Shown here piece after piece: positions 41,747 to 52,962 of a stretch of DNA of 64,000 bases; within the stretch, counting starts at the first letter, position 1, and each line of letters opens with the position of its first letter. Below the pieces are notes generated by a model, which saw nothing but the letters and a program-made list of their open reading frames with translations, was not told the DNA's origin and ran no database searches. Both the position numbers and the translations under genes were made by a program. The stretch is from Promethearchaeota archaeon (lineage in GTDB: Archaea; Asgardarchaeota; Lokiarchaeia; Sigyniarchaeales; SOKP01). The DNA lies in the NCBI GenBank assembly GCA_016840165.1, contig JAEOSU010000032.1, forward strand, positions 1 to 64,000. The letters run 5' to 3'.

Positions 41747-43687
41747 TTATTTCTTCTTACCTCCGGAAGCGGGTTTTAAATTTCCAATTACAAAATCGAG
41801 ACCTAATCTTTTCAAAGTCGCATCAGTAGGAATTCCTGTTTCTGGATCCCAACCACGTGCTTTATAATATCCGCTGAGTAGCGTTTGGTATCCCTCTTCT
41901 TTGAGTGTGACTCCCTTTGTAGGACCCTTGGTATGTGCTTCTTTAAAGAACTTCTCTGGCGGATGATCATCTGCTCGAGTCCATCCTTCCCGAATGTTAA
42001 AGCATTTCGAAAGATTTACGATAGCCTCACCTCTAAGATTGATAGATTCTTCCGTGTGAGGAATCCCTGTAACTAGCTCATAAACCTTGGCCATCTCAGC
42101 ATCATTTTCGTAGATACCACGAGTGAATTTGCATACTATATAAGAATCAATAACCGCGTAGATATCCTCTACCGAAATAATAGCTTTCGCCCTTTCAAGT
42201 GGTTGATCATAGGCAAAACGATCAAATTTTCCTTTCGCATCTAGACCATAGGCTCCATTGCGCAAATGACAAGCTCCACGAATGGACACACTCTCACCTA
42301 CGGCAAAGGATGTCATTCCATGAAGGTCAAAAGCCGGTAACTCTAATCCTTTGATATGCATACCATAATATCCCGCATCTTTTCGACCTTTTTCTTCTAA
42401 GCGTATTCCTGCTTGTCGAGTACCGTCACCAAAAATCTCTCCAGCGAATCCTTTTCCCATTATCATCTCTTCGGTAAATCTTACTAAATTTTTTGTAGAA
42501 CCAAAGGGTAATTTATATCCTAAATCTTTTTCAGTTACAAGACCTTTTTCAAAACATTCCATACACATCGCGGCAGTAACCCCGCCCGAAATTGCGTCGA
42601 TTCCTAGATCGTCACATAAAGCAACACATTTAAACACTGTAGGCCAATCAGGATTACCGCAAGCACTTCCAAAACTATAACAGATCTCGACATCAATACT
42701 TGCAAATAAGTTTGGCCAATCTGGATGGGTTTTGGGAACTTGGGCAATATGATCACAAGCTATAGAGCACTGAGAACACGCAACTTTTTTTACCACCCAA
42801 TCAATATTTAAAGTATCTCCTGTAAATGTGCCGTTATCGATTTCTTCCCAGGTTCCCTCTTGATGATTTCGAATAGGAAACATACCAAGCTTGTTATAGC
42901 TAGTTATACCCGCGGGAGTTCCTAAATCTCGATATTTCGCAGTAGCTGGACCGTTTGCGACTTTAATCAATTTTTTAGCCATTTTGTAAAATTCAACTGG
43001 GTTTGCTACTTTTGTGGCTTTAGTTCCTCTAAAACAAATAGCCTTTAAGTTTTTAGAACCCATAACTGCACCCATGCCTGTTCTTCCCGCTTGGCGGTTT
43101 CTATCATTGGTAATACAAGCTAGTTTACTCATTCTTTCTCCTGCTGGACCAATTGCCATGACCGCTAATCTTTGATCTTGAAATTCCTCTCGGAGCAATT
43201 CTTCAGTTTCCCAACAGCCTTTGCCCCATACGGTTTTTTCACACGGTACCAGATAATAATCATCATCATCAACAACCAAATAAACAGGTTCGGGAGATTT
43301 TCCTCTGAAAACAATCATATTAATTCCCGCTCTACGAGCTTGAGCTCCAATTGAACCAGAAGAAATAGACATTCCAAACATTCCTGTTAATGGTGATTTT
43401 GCAAATACTCCATATTTAGAACTAGTTGGGAGAATTGTTGTTGGAAAAGGACCAATCGCCCATATAAATATATTATCCGGTCCTAATGGATCCACACCAG
43501 GTTTTAGCTCATCCCATAATACTTTAGCTGCAAAGCCATATCCTCCAATCCAATCTCGACAGAATTCTTCAGAAAGCATAGTTTTATCTATTTTTCCATT
43601 AGTTAAATCAACATCAAGTCGTATTTGAGAATAGCCCTTTACTCGATCTGGAATAGATATATCTTTAGATTTACTCATATTGTACAC
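41747..43687 (-). CDS. aor: Tungsten-dependent aldehyde:ferredoxin oxidoreductase family protein
   Basis: AKSPLTG, AGRTGMGAVMGSKNLKAI, CSQCSIAC, DDLGID, KGLELPAFD, RGACH, YYKARGWD; the start may be ATG at 43678. Confidence 0.93.
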   Translation of the reverse strand: MYNMSKSKDISIPDRVKGYSQIRLDVDLTNGKIDKTMLSEEFCRDWIGGYGFAAKVLWDELKPGVDPLGPDNIFIWAIGPFPTTILPTSSKYGVFAKSPLTGMFGMSISSGSIGAQARRAGINMIVFRGKSPEPVYLVVDDDDYYLVPCEKTVWGKGCWETEELLREEFQDQRLAVMAIGPAGERMSKLACITNDRNRQAGRTGMGAVMGSKNLKAICFRGTKATKVANPVEFYKMAKKLIKVANGPATAKYRDLGTPAGITSYNKLGMFPIRNHQEGTWEEIDNGTFTGDTLNIDWVVKKVACSQCSIACDHIAQVPKTHPDWPNLFASIDVEICYSFGSACGNPDWPTVFKCVALCDDLGIDAISGGVTAAMCMECFEKGLVTEKDLGYKLPFGSTKNLVRFTEEMIMGKGFAGEIFGDGTRQAGIRLEEKGRKDAGYYGMHIKGLELPAFDLHGMTSFAVGESVSIRGACHLRNGAYGLDAKGKFDRFAYDQPLERAKAIISVEDIYAVIDSYIVCKFTRGIYENDAEMAKVYELVTGIPHTEESINLRGEAIVNLSKCFNIREGWTRADDHPPEKFFKEAHTKGPTKGVTLKEEGYQTLLSGYYKARGWDPETGIPTDATLKRLGLDFVIGNLKPASGGKKK

Positions 43688-44096
43688 TTACTTTTATTTA
43701 TTGATATTCAATTTTTCTGAACAATTTAATATAGATAATAACTCTTTATTAGGTTACTTGTTAATCTAAATAACCCCATCTTTTAGTTATTTCCTAATAT
43801 TAAATTTATGAAAAATCTCTATTGAATGATTTAAATTAGAATTAATTTTTATTTTATTTAAAATTCCCTAATTTTCTTATATAACAGAGAATCTGTTAAG
43901 ATTTCCTAAATTGATTTGTATTGAATTATATCTATTCATTTATTTTGTATTTCAGATATTCAATTAATTGTATTCTGAAAAGTTAAAACCTATGAAAAAT
44001 ATAACTAAAATAATACGATTTTACAAAAATCAGCCTAAAATGGAAGTTACTACTATTAAATACGAATGAAGCCCTTATAAAGGTGTCAAATTAATC

Positions 44097-45452
44097 TTGG
44101 ACTTACTAAACTTTTTAAAAAAGAATGTTATTTCTGCTACTGGATGTACCGAGCCAATAGCTATAGCTTATGCTGTATCATTGGCGTATTATGCTTTATT
44201 TCAAGAAAAAATTACGAATGATGTAAATGATTCTTTCAAATTCTTTAATAAAGTACCTGAGATTAAACCTGAGAATATCGAGATGATTAACATCAAAGTA
44301 GACCAGAATATCTATAAAAATGCCTATTCTGCTATAATACCAGGAACAAATGGTTTGAAAGGAATAGAGGTTGCAGCTGCGCTAGCCTTATATCAAAATC
44401 CGAAAGCAAAATTAAATATATTTAAAAATCTAAATTTGGTTAACTTTAACAAGATTGAGCAAATTCTAAATAGTGATGTCATAAAAGTATCATATTCAGA
44501 AGATTCACTTACTGATTATTTACTAAAAATAGATATAAGTCTAAAATATAAATCAAATGATGTTCTAAAAACCTCTCAAGTAAAAATCCGTGAGACTCAT
44601 GACAATGTAGTGGAAATTAAGGTAAACGGAATAGATTTATACAAAAAAACTAATAATCAAACAAATGATAAGGAGAAAAAAAAATCATTAAATTTGAACA
44701 CAATTTTAGAAATCGTTGAAACCGCAGATAAATCCGTCTTAGATGAAGTAGATAAGGGTATTTTAATGAATATGAAAGTCGCTAATGAAGGTGGGACTAG
44801 AAGATATGGGCTTGAAATTGCTAAGAATCTTAGGTACATCTTTAATGAAGATGGATGTTCAGATTCCATTATCTCTGAAATCCGTAGTAAAGTAGCTTCT
44901 GCAGCGGATGCTAGAATGGGCGGAACTAATTTACCCGTTATGACAACTTCGGGATCGGGAAACATGGGAATCACAGCAATTATACCAGTCGTAATCATGG
45001 GAGAACGAAGGCATATATCGAGAACTAAAATTAAAAAGGCTGTGTTATTGTCTCATTTAATCACATCAATTGCGGATCAATATCTTGGTCATTTATCTGC
45101 GTTGTGTGGAGTTGCTATTAAAGCAGGATTTGGAGTTGCTGCAGCTATAACATATATGTTAGATGGCTCTCAAGCTCAAATTAGCTATGCAATCAATTTG
45201 CTAGCTGCAAACAATATCGGATTTCTATGTGATGGAGCAAAGCCGGGCTGCGCGTTAAAAGTTTCGACTGCTGCAGGTATTGCAACCGAATGTGCCCTAA
45301 TGGCGTTAAATAATCAGAAAATAAGTCATGATAATGGAATCATCTTTGAAAACCCAGATGATACCCTCAAAGGCATAGGGAATTTATGCCATTCACTTTA
45401 TCAACTAAATAAAGAAATCATAGAATTAATTGAGAAGAGTGTTATAAATTAA
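44097..45452 (+). CDS. Fe-S L-cysteine desulfidase / serine dehydratase alpha-like family protein
   Basis: GCTEPIAIA, DARMGG..LPVMTTSGSGN, GHLSALCG, CDGAKPGCALKV. Confidence 0.88.
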   Translation: MDLLNFLKKNVISATGCTEPIAIAYAVSLAYYALFQEKITNDVNDSFKFFNKVPEIKPENIEMINIKVDQNIYKNAYSAIIPGTNGLKGIEVAAALALYQNPKAKLNIFKNLNLVNFNKIEQILNSDVIKVSYSEDSLTDYLLKIDISLKYKSNDVLKTSQVKIRETHDNVVEIKVNGIDLYKKTNNQTNDKEKKKSLNLNTILEIVETADKSVLDEVDKGILMNMKVANEGGTRRYGLEIAKNLRYIFNEDGCSDSIISEIRSKVASAADARMGGTNLPVMTTSGSGNMGITAIIPVVIMGERRHISRTKIKKAVLLSHLITSIADQYLGHLSALCGVAIKAGFGVAAAITYMLDGSQAQISYAINLLAANNIGFLCDGAKPGCALKVSTAAGIATECALMALNNQKISHDNGIIFENPDDTLKGIGNLCHSLYQLNKEIIELIEKSVIN

Positions 45453-45455
45453 AAC

Positions 45456-46571
45456 CTATTTCTTCCTTTTCAAACCAACCATTTTTTTCAGCCAATTGGT
45501 TTTCTTAATTTTCCATTCTTTTGTTTGTTCTATAGGTACTGTGTATTGTTCGATTAAACCCACCGATAATAATGAATGAATTAAATTATGAGCTTTTTTG
45601 TTGCGAGTAATGATCATTGAGTAGCCTTTTGGAGCACCTGAAGCCCCAACACTGATATCAGAGAACTTACCCGTGAAATCATCACAATCATGGCAATGAC
45701 TCCTAACTGCGGGGTCTAATTTCTTAATATCGACTTCAAACTCATTGTCATTTTTATCTCTGATGAAGAAATTTTTCTTGATCCAAGTTTTTTTAATATT
45801 CTTAGGCTTAACTTTAGTTTCAGCCTGTAAGAGTTCGTATAATTTGTCGTAATTAAAATTCTCAAAACAAAATAAGCTAATAGCATATTTAACTACATGA
45901 GCGGGTTTAATATGAAGAAATCGCATCTTCCCTATTGCCCGTATTTGACATGGAGTTCCTACAAAGACTAATCTTAGCTGTTCGATGTCTAAAATTCTTT
46001 TTTTCTCAATAATATCCAAAGAAATATTATATAAATCTTTTAACGGTAAAATCTGTGAGGAAATAGAATAACGCGTTCCTGAGGATTTTAATATATCTTC
46101 TTTACCATAAATGATTTTTGGAATTGTATTTAAATTATCATCATATAGAGATACAATCGCGGCATCTATCATATTCCTATCAAAGAGATATGATAATATA
46201 GTGGATACTACGCCTCCATCCTGACCTACTTCTTTAATCGCTTCCTGTGTGGTCTTAGCAGCAATTATCTCTTCTATATAACCTAACTCATCCTCGATTT
46301 TATAGAATTTATTTATCTTTTCTTGGATAGTATCTGTTTGGGGACATATATAATAACACAAACCACACTCCGTGCAATTATCTACAGTTTCAGGAGATTT
46401 ATATTTAGGAGTATAACCCTCCATTTTAATTACATTAAATCCTTGACTTTCACAATAAGCAACACATGCACCGCATGAGCAGCATTTTCCTGGATGAATT
46501 ACGGTCTCAAAGAGATCCTTGAAAACTTTTACTTCTTCTCCTTTTGAATCATTTTTCCTAATTTCAGTCAT
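45456..46571 (-). CDS. Coenzyme F420 hydrogenase/dehydrogenase beta subunit (FrhB family) with N-terminal ferredoxin
   Basis: CCSCGACVAYC, CTECGLCYYICP, GQDGGVVS, VGTPCQ, LFCFENF, CHDCDDF, DISVG. Confidence 0.9.
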   Translation of the reverse strand: MTEIRKNDSKGEEVKVFKDLFETVIHPGKCCSCGACVAYCESQGFNVIKMEGYTPKYKSPETVDNCTECGLCYYICPQTDTIQEKINKFYKIEDELGYIEEIIAAKTTQEAIKEVGQDGGVVSTILSYLFDRNMIDAAIVSLYDDNLNTIPKIIYGKEDILKSSGTRYSISSQILPLKDLYNISLDIIEKKRILDIEQLRLVFVGTPCQIRAIGKMRFLHIKPAHVVKYAISLFCFENFNYDKLYELLQAETKVKPKNIKKTWIKKNFFIRDKNDNEFEVDIKKLDPAVRSHCHDCDDFTGKFSDISVGASGAPKGYSMIITRNKKAHNLIHSLLSVGLIEQYTVPIEQTKEWKIKKTNWLKKMVGLKRKK

Positions 46572-47049
46572 TTATGCTAACCTCACAAGCACTTTCTAAA
46601 TTAATTAAATTTAATTTTTTAGGGATTTTTGATTCTCCTAGTTTTTTTACCGATTCTGTAAATTCTCTGATTAATTCTGCAAATTGTTTTCCTTCACTTG
46701 CAGAGATCCAATGCAATCGAAATCTCTCCTCTTCAATACCTATACTTTTGATAAGACGTTTAAGATGTTCCATCCTCCTTTTAGTAAATTCATTTCCTGT
46801 AATATAATGACAATCTCCAATATGGCATCCCGTAATTAAAACACCATCCACACCATTTTTAAATGCATTTAAAACAAAGGTAGGTTCAACCCTTCCAGAA
46901 CACATAACGCGAATTATTCTGACATTAGGTGGATATTGATATCTTGAAACTCCCGCTAAATCTGCACCTGCATATGAGCACCAATTACAGCAAAAAGCAA
47001 GAATTACGGGTTCAAAATCTTCTTGATCTTTTCTTTTTGTGTCTATCAT
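46564..47049 (-). CDS. mvhD: MvhD hydrogenase iron-sulfur subunit (Cys form)
   Basis: FCCNWCSYAGAD, VMCSGRV, GCHIGDCHY, WISASEG. Confidence 0.95.
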   Translation of the reverse strand: MIDTKRKDQEDFEPVILAFCCNWCSYAGADLAGVSRYQYPPNVRIIRVMCSGRVEPTFVLNAFKNGVDGVLITGCHIGDCHYITGNEFTKRRMEHLKRLIKSIGIEEERFRLHWISASEGKQFAELIREFTESVKKLGESKIPKKLNLINLESACEVSIND

Positions 47050-47082
47050 ACTTTATCCATCATTTTTTTATGTTTTTTAATT

Positions 47083-50000
47083 CTATACTATTCCTTTTAA
47101 TTCCTCAATCATTTTTTCGATTTGCTCTTTTCGATAATGATTTTGGTCAATCGCTTCAACCGGGCATTCAGCAACGCATGCACCACACCCCTTACACACG
47201 GCTTTAATTACTCTAGCTTTTTTCATTTTCACCTTATATAACCCCATTTCTTTCTCCACGTCATAAGTTTCTAAAGCATTATAAGGACACACTTCAACAC
47301 ATCTACCGCATCCTATGCATCTTAATTCATCAATATCAGCAGTAATTCCCTCTACAATTGCCTTTCCCTTCATCAAGAGAATTAATGCCCTTGAAGCGGC
47401 GCCAAGTGCTTGACTTATTGATTCATTAAGATTTTTTGGACTCTGAGCGGTTCCACACAGGAATATTCCATCAGTGGCAAAATCAACTGGTCTTAATTTG
47501 GCATGAGCTTCAAGAAAGAAACCATTCTTATCAATTGGTACCTTTAACATTTCAGATAGTTGTTTACTATCCTCCCATGATACTATTGGAGTTGCTAACA
47601 CGAGTCTATCGACTATGAGTTCATAATATTCCCCAACAAATGAATCAAACACTTCCAATGTTATTTTTTTATCACTTTTTTTAAGAATTGGTGGTTTGTC
47701 TGGTATATATTGAATAAAATTAATCCCTTTTTGTCGTGCTTCATAATACTTTAATTCTTCTTCAAAGAAAACTCTAACATCACGATACAAAATATATACT
47801 TGGGCATTGGGATATTTTTCTTTTACGATTAAAGCATTTTTTATAGATTCGCCACAACAAGTTAGTGAACAATAAGTTCTTCCTTTTTCCTCACGAGAGC
47901 CTACACATTGGATGAATGTGATAACTTCATTCTTGTTTAACTTTTCTTTATGAAGTAAACTATCGAATTCTAAATTTGTATAAACATGATTATTTTCATT
48001 ATACGCATAATAACCATTAGGTTTAAATTCTTTCCCTCCCGTAGCTACAATGATTGTTCCGATTTTTAGGCTTCTCTCATTATTTTCTTGGTTAATAAGC
48101 GCAATAAAATTTCCTAATGAACCACTTAAATTTTGTAAGGTAGAAGAGGTAAATATTTCTATATTTGGATTAGTTTCAACCTTTTCAATCAATGGATTTA
48201 TAAAATCTTCTGAAGGATGTTTATCAAGATTTAGGCTCTTCAATTCGCGAACTAATCCTCCTAATTGCTCTTCTTTTTCAATAAGATAAACCTTGAATCC
48301 TTTTTTAGCTATTGCTAATGCGGAGGTCATACCCGCCACTCCTCCTCCAATAATTAAAGTAGATGGGGTGATCTCCACTTCAATGTCGTCTAAAGGTTCA
48401 GCGAGACGTGTTTTTGCGATGGTCATTTGTATAAGTTCTTGTGCTTTCTTTGTTGCTTTTTCTGGGTCTTTCATATGGACCCAGCTAACTAATTCTCTTA
48501 TACTTGTAAATAATACTAAGTAGGGGTTAAGTCCTGCTTTTCTACATGTGGCTTGAAATAGTGGAAGATGGGTACGAGGCGTACATGACGCGATGATTAC
48601 TCGATTCAAATCATGTTCGGTTATTGCTGCCTGTATACTATGTTGAGATTCTTCAGAACATGTATATAAGTTTCTCTCAACATAGACAACTCCGGGTATC
48701 TCCTTGATCTTGTCTGCAACTGTGGCAACATCTACTACACCAGCAATATTTGATCCACAATGGCAAACAAACACACCGATTCGTGGTGGATCGTTTGGTG
48801 ATACTATCTTTTCAGGTATTTCTTCTTTTATCTCTTCAGCTTTTATAATTGAGCTCCTTCCTGAAGCGAAGCTTGAAGCGCCACATGCTTCAGATACTGA
48901 TGTTGAAATATCTTCAGGCCCATGAGCGCATCCACATGTAAAAATCCCCGGTATACTCGTTTCTATATTATTAAAAGAAGATTTTGGTTTAATAAAGCCA
49001 TACTCATCTATTTCTATACCTAAGATTTTATTCAATTTCTCTGAATTCTTATTAGGTACAACAGCTGGAAATAAAACTACCATATTTACGGTATCAAATT
49101 TAACCTCTCCCGTTGTAATATCGGTATGTCTTATTACTAAATCGTTCGTTTCTGGATTCTCATAGATTTTATTTGGTAATCCTTTGATATAATTAACATG
49201 ATAATCATCTTTTGCTTTTTCAATAAATTCATTATGGTTTTTCCCAATAGCACGTAAATCATTATAATAAACAAGGATTTCTGTATCTGGAGAATGTTCC
49301 ATTGTCATTATTGCTTCTTTTGAAGCATACATACAACAGATTTTTGAGCAGTAAGGTTTTTCATTAAAATTACGAGAACCAACACATAAAATAAAAGCCA
49401 TTTTATGAGGATGTTTTCTATCTGTCTGGCGCACAATTTCTCCACCTGTAGGACCTGAAGCGCTCATAATTCGTTCATATTCTAAAGATGTAAATACATT
49501 TGTATATCTTCCATGACCATAATTCTCTAAGGCACTTACGTCCATTAAATCAAAACCAGTAGCAACTAGAATTGATGATACTTGAATTTCAATTTCTTCG
49601 GGTTTTTGAGAGAAATCTATTGCTTCTGCTAAACAAGCTTTCGTACATAGTTTACAAATCCCATAGTTTAAATATAAACAACTTTTTTCATCGATAAGAT
49701 ATTTTGCTGGAACAGCTTGAAGAAATGGTATATATGCGGCATGATTATCCTTTAATCCTACTTCAAATTCATTTGGAACATCTCTTACAGGACAAATTGT
49801 GGCACAATCTCCGCATCCCGTACATTTTTCTGTATCAATATAGCGTGGTTTTTTTAAAATGGTCACCTTAAACTCATCGCCATCATTAATTGGGTCAACT
49901 TTCGATACCTCTGAATAAGTATAGAGATTAATCCGCGGATGACGGGAGCACTCCACCATTTTTGGCGCTAAGATACATATCGAACAGTCTAAAGTGGGGA

Positions 50001-50169
50001 AGGTCTTATCCAACTGAGCCATCTTTCCACCTATAGATGGAGTGATTTCTACTAAATTGACCACGTGACCTTGTTCTGCAAGATCTAAAGCAGCATTAAT
50101 TCCAGCTACTCCTCCTCCAATAATTAAAACTTGACTTCCATTATTCCTTTCTATAGCCATATCTATCAC
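47083..50169 (-). CDS. hdrA: Large HdrA-family protein with two FAD domains (Cys form)
   Basis: Two GGGVAG FAD motifs, QLDKTFPTLDCSIC, CSKICC, internal VFVCHCG/ASCTP domain, FLEAHAKLRP, terminal 2x[4Fe-4S]. Confidence 0.9.
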   Translation of the reverse strand: MIDMAIERNNGSQVLIIGGGVAGINAALDLAEQGHVVNLVEITPSIGGKMAQLDKTFPTLDCSICILAPKMVECSRHPRINLYTYSEVSKVDPINDGDEFKVTILKKPRYIDTEKCTGCGDCATICPVRDVPNEFEVGLKDNHAAYIPFLQAVPAKYLIDEKSCLYLNYGICKLCTKACLAEAIDFSQKPEEIEIQVSSILVATGFDLMDVSALENYGHGRYTNVFTSLEYERIMSASGPTGGEIVRQTDRKHPHKMAFILCVGSRNFNEKPYCSKICCMYASKEAIMTMEHSPDTEILVYYNDLRAIGKNHNEFIEKAKDDYHVNYIKGLPNKIYENPETNDLVIRHTDITTGEVKFDTVNMVVLFPAVVPNKNSEKLNKILGIEIDEYGFIKPKSSFNNIETSIPGIFTCGCAHGPEDISTSVSEACGASSFASGRSSIIKAEEIKEEIPEKIVSPNDPPRIGVFVCHCGSNIAGVVDVATVADKIKEIPGVVYVERNLYTCSEESQHSIQAAITEHDLNRVIIASCTPRTHLPLFQATCRKAGLNPYLVLFTSIRELVSWVHMKDPEKATKKAQELIQMTIAKTRLAEPLDDIEVEITPSTLIIGGGVAGMTSALAIAKKGFKVYLIEKEEQLGGLVRELKSLNLDKHPSEDFINPLIEKVETNPNIEIFTSSTLQNLSGSLGNFIALINQENNERSLKIGTIIVATGGKEFKPNGYYAYNENNHVYTNLEFDSLLHKEKLNKNEVITFIQCVGSREEKGRTYCSLTCCGESIKNALIVKEKYPNAQVYILYRDVRVFFEEELKYYEARQKGINFIQYIPDKPPILKKSDKKITLEVFDSFVGEYYELIVDRLVLATPIVSWEDSKQLSEMLKVPIDKNGFFLEAHAKLRPVDFATDGIFLCGTAQSPKNLNESISQALGAASRALILLMKGKAIVEGITADIDELRCIGCGRCVEVCPYNALETYDVEKEMGLYKVKMKKARVIKAVCKGCGACVAECPVEAIDQNHYRKEQIEKMIEELKGIV

Positions 50170-50172
50170 GTC

Positions 50173-50601
50173 CTAATTTCCATTATTATAAGGTCCTAAT
50201 GACACTATTTTTTCTGTAAAATCTTTAATGAGATTAATGAATTTTGATTTTTCTTCAGGTGAAACCCAATCTAAACAAACTCTATCGGGATTAATCTGTA
50301 ATAACTTGAGTAATTTTTTCGATTTTGCAACTCTTTCTTCTGCTTTTTCATTCCCATTAATGTAATGACATTGCTTTAAATGGCATCCACAAATGAGGAC
50401 TCCATCATTTCCCTGATTAAGTGTTTCAAGAATTAATGCTGGTTCAATTGTTCCTGAACATACAACCCTTTTTACTTTAATTGAAGGAGACCCTTGAATT
50501 GCACCAGCAGTTAATACATCCGTTTCAGTAAAACCACTCCAATTACATAAATAGGTCATAATTTTCGGTTCAAATGATTTTTTAATTTTCTTTTTAGCCA
50601 T
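50173..50601 (-). CDS. Divergent MvhD-like subunit
   Basis: YLCNWS, VVCSG, GCHLKQCHYINGN, SLGP. Confidence 0.85.
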   Translation of the reverse strand: MAKKKIKKSFEPKIMTYLCNWSGFTETDVLTAGAIQGSPSIKVKRVVCSGTIEPALILETLNQGNDGVLICGCHLKQCHYINGNEKAEERVAKSKKLLKLLQINPDRVCLDWVSPEEKSKFINLIKDFTEKIVSLGPYNNGN

Positions 50602-50613
50602 TAAATTTATCCC

Positions 50614-52962
50614 TCATTTTATGTATGATTGAATTATTTCTGTGATTTGTGTATTTGAGAAGTATTTCATTGAAATTGCACTTACGGGGCAAACCGTTTC
50701 GCATGCTCCACATCCGACACATGCATCGGGAATAATTTTCGATTTATATCGAATTAAGGATAAAGAGGGAGAAACACTATCACGTATAGCATTATATTCA
50801 ACAAGTGTTTCAACTCTTTCGATAGCATCAAAATTACAAGCGTCAATACAATCTCCACAGCAAATACATTTCTCCTCGCTTACCATTGCAACAGGGCTCA
50901 ATAATTTCCATCTATAATTCGTTCCCCTTCTGAGATCATAACATAGTAGCCATGATTCTCCGGGCGATAATATAACTGTATTAACATTGAGAGAAATTAT
51001 TTCTCCCTCCTTTTCATGCTTCAATGGCCTCGCCACACAAGCTTTTATATTTTCTAAACATTCAGTACAAATACCACAACTCAAGCAGCGTTTAGCTTCT
51101 TCAATCGCTGCTTCATTTTCCATTCTAACGGTGATATCGTCAAAATTAGTTATTCTATCCTTCACTGGAATTAATTTAATCTCTTCTCTTGGAGCATGAG
51201 TAACTCTTTCTAACCCTTCCATCTGATCGATATGAATTATCTCATCTTCGCTATAGTCGGGTATTGTTTCTTTAATTTTTGTAATATCGACTCCCTTTAA
51301 ATATTGATCGATTATAAATCCCGCTTTATTTCCTGTAGCTATAGCTTTAATTGCAGAGCCTGGGCCAGTAACAATCTCTCCTCCTGCAAATACTCCTTCT
51401 AATGAAGTTTGAAAAGTAATTTTATCAACTGCAATTCCTCTTTCGACTTTTATTTCTTTATCTAAAAAGTCAAGATCTCCTCCTTGCCCTACAGAAACAA
51501 TTATCATATCACCTTCAAATATTTCTTCTGTACATGCTTCAAGAACCGGATTGAAACGTCCATCAGCGTCAAATACAGAGCTACAAATTAATGTTTCAAC
51601 TCCGGTTACTTTTCCATTTTTTCCTATAAATCTATTTGGTCCTCTACTCACATTGAATATAATTCCCTCTTCCTTTGCTTCTTCAACTTCCCAAGGTTGA
51701 GCTGGTATAATATCATCTGACTCTAACATTATCATCTGAACTTTTTCAGCCCCCAATCGCAATGCTGATCTCGCTACATCGATAGCCACGTCGCCACCAC
51801 CAATCACTATCACATTCTTTCCAACGGTAACATGATTCTCTAATTTACAGCTCTTAAGGAATTCAATTGCATATCTGATATTTTTCAGATCTTCACCTTC
51901 GATATTTAATTTTCTGCTATTTTGCAATCCCACCCCAATATACACAGCATCATATTTCTTTTTTAAATCTTTAATACTGAGACCTGTGGAACCAACAGCG
52001 GTATTTGTTTTTATTTCAACGCCATACTTTTTAATATGCTCAATATCTGCATTTACTATCTCTGGTGGCAATCGATAATTAGGAACACCTAGTCGAACCA
52101 TTCCACCAGGAACGGGTTCTCTTTCGAAGATTGTTACGGCGTATCCACGTCTAGCTAATTGATAAGCTACAGTTAACCCTGAAGGCCCAGACCCAACAAT
52201 AGCAACTTTTTTATCTTTTTTCTCTTCTAAAAATTCTAGCTCGTCATCTAAATTTTCTCTAACGAAATCAGCCACAAATCTTTTTAAACCACAAATATTA
52301 ACGGGTTCATCCACTTCCCCTCTATTACATATTGTTTCACAGGGATGGTTACAAATTCGACCAATAATTGCGGGTAATGGGCATCTATCTCTAATAACAT
52401 TTAAAGCTTCTTGATATTGTTCCTTAGATATTAAAGAATTATATTCCTGTGCCTTTACATGCGCAGGACATTCATTCTCACAAGGTGGAACTTTTCTGCT
52501 CTCTAACAATATTTTTAAAGACATATTTTCAGGAAAATGAGGGTATATTTGTTCCAGTCCGCTTTCCCTTTCTTTTGGATCAATCGTTCCCTCTGAAAGT
52601 GATTTTAAATAACAATCCTCGCAAAGAGAACGTTCTTCTTTGGTAATAGTATCCGCTTTTTTCCTAACTTTAACTTTAAAATTACCTGGTTTGCCTTCTA
52701 AATTAACGATATCTGCATTTTCTATTAATTCAATATTAGGATTTTTCTCAATATCCATTATTTTTGGAGCATATAAACAAACAGAACAATCATTAATCGG
52801 AATAAAATTATCTGAATCCTTTTCAAATTCTTTAATTAGAGGATATTTTTCAATCAGGTATACTTTTACATCTAATTTTGCTAAATCTAAAGCTGCTTGA
52901 CATCCACCTATACCCGCCCCTACAATCAGAACTGAATTCTGTTCATCCGTCTCACTCTTCAT
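50614..52962 (-). CDS. HdrL-like fusion: partial HdrA N-terminus + GltD/NfnB-type NAD(P)H:flavin oxidoreductase + ferredoxin
   Basis: GAGIGG...DCSVC; PPCENECPAH, GRICNHPCETIC, GSGPSG, GGGDVAID, EAKRCLSC; terminal CICCGDC/CVGCGAC. Confidence 0.82.
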   Translation of the reverse strand: MKSETDEQNSVLIVGAGIGGCQAALDLAKLDVKVYLIEKYPLIKEFEKDSDNFIPINDCSVCLYAPKIMDIEKNPNIELIENADIVNLEGKPGNFKVKVRKKADTITKEERSLCEDCYLKSLSEGTIDPKERESGLEQIYPHFPENMSLKILLESRKVPPCENECPAHVKAQEYNSLISKEQYQEALNVIRDRCPLPAIIGRICNHPCETICNRGEVDEPVNICGLKRFVADFVRENLDDELEFLEEKKDKKVAIVGSGPSGLTVAYQLARRGYAVTIFEREPVPGGMVRLGVPNYRLPPEIVNADIEHIKKYGVEIKTNTAVGSTGLSIKDLKKKYDAVYIGVGLQNSRKLNIEGEDLKNIRYAIEFLKSCKLENHVTVGKNVIVIGGGDVAIDVARSALRLGAEKVQMIMLESDDIIPAQPWEVEEAKEEGIIFNVSRGPNRFIGKNGKVTGVETLICSSVFDADGRFNPVLEACTEEIFEGDMIIVSVGQGGDLDFLDKEIKVERGIAVDKITFQTSLEGVFAGGEIVTGPGSAIKAIATGNKAGFIIDQYLKGVDITKIKETIPDYSEDEIIHIDQMEGLERVTHAPREEIKLIPVKDRITNFDDITVRMENEAAIEEAKRCLSCGICTECLENIKACVARPLKHEKEGEIISLNVNTVILSPGESWLLCYDLRRGTNYRWKLLSPVAMVSEEKCICCGDCIDACNFDAIERVETLVEYNAIRDSVSPSLSLIRYKSKIIPDACVGCGACETVCPVSAISMKYFSNTQITEIIQSYIK

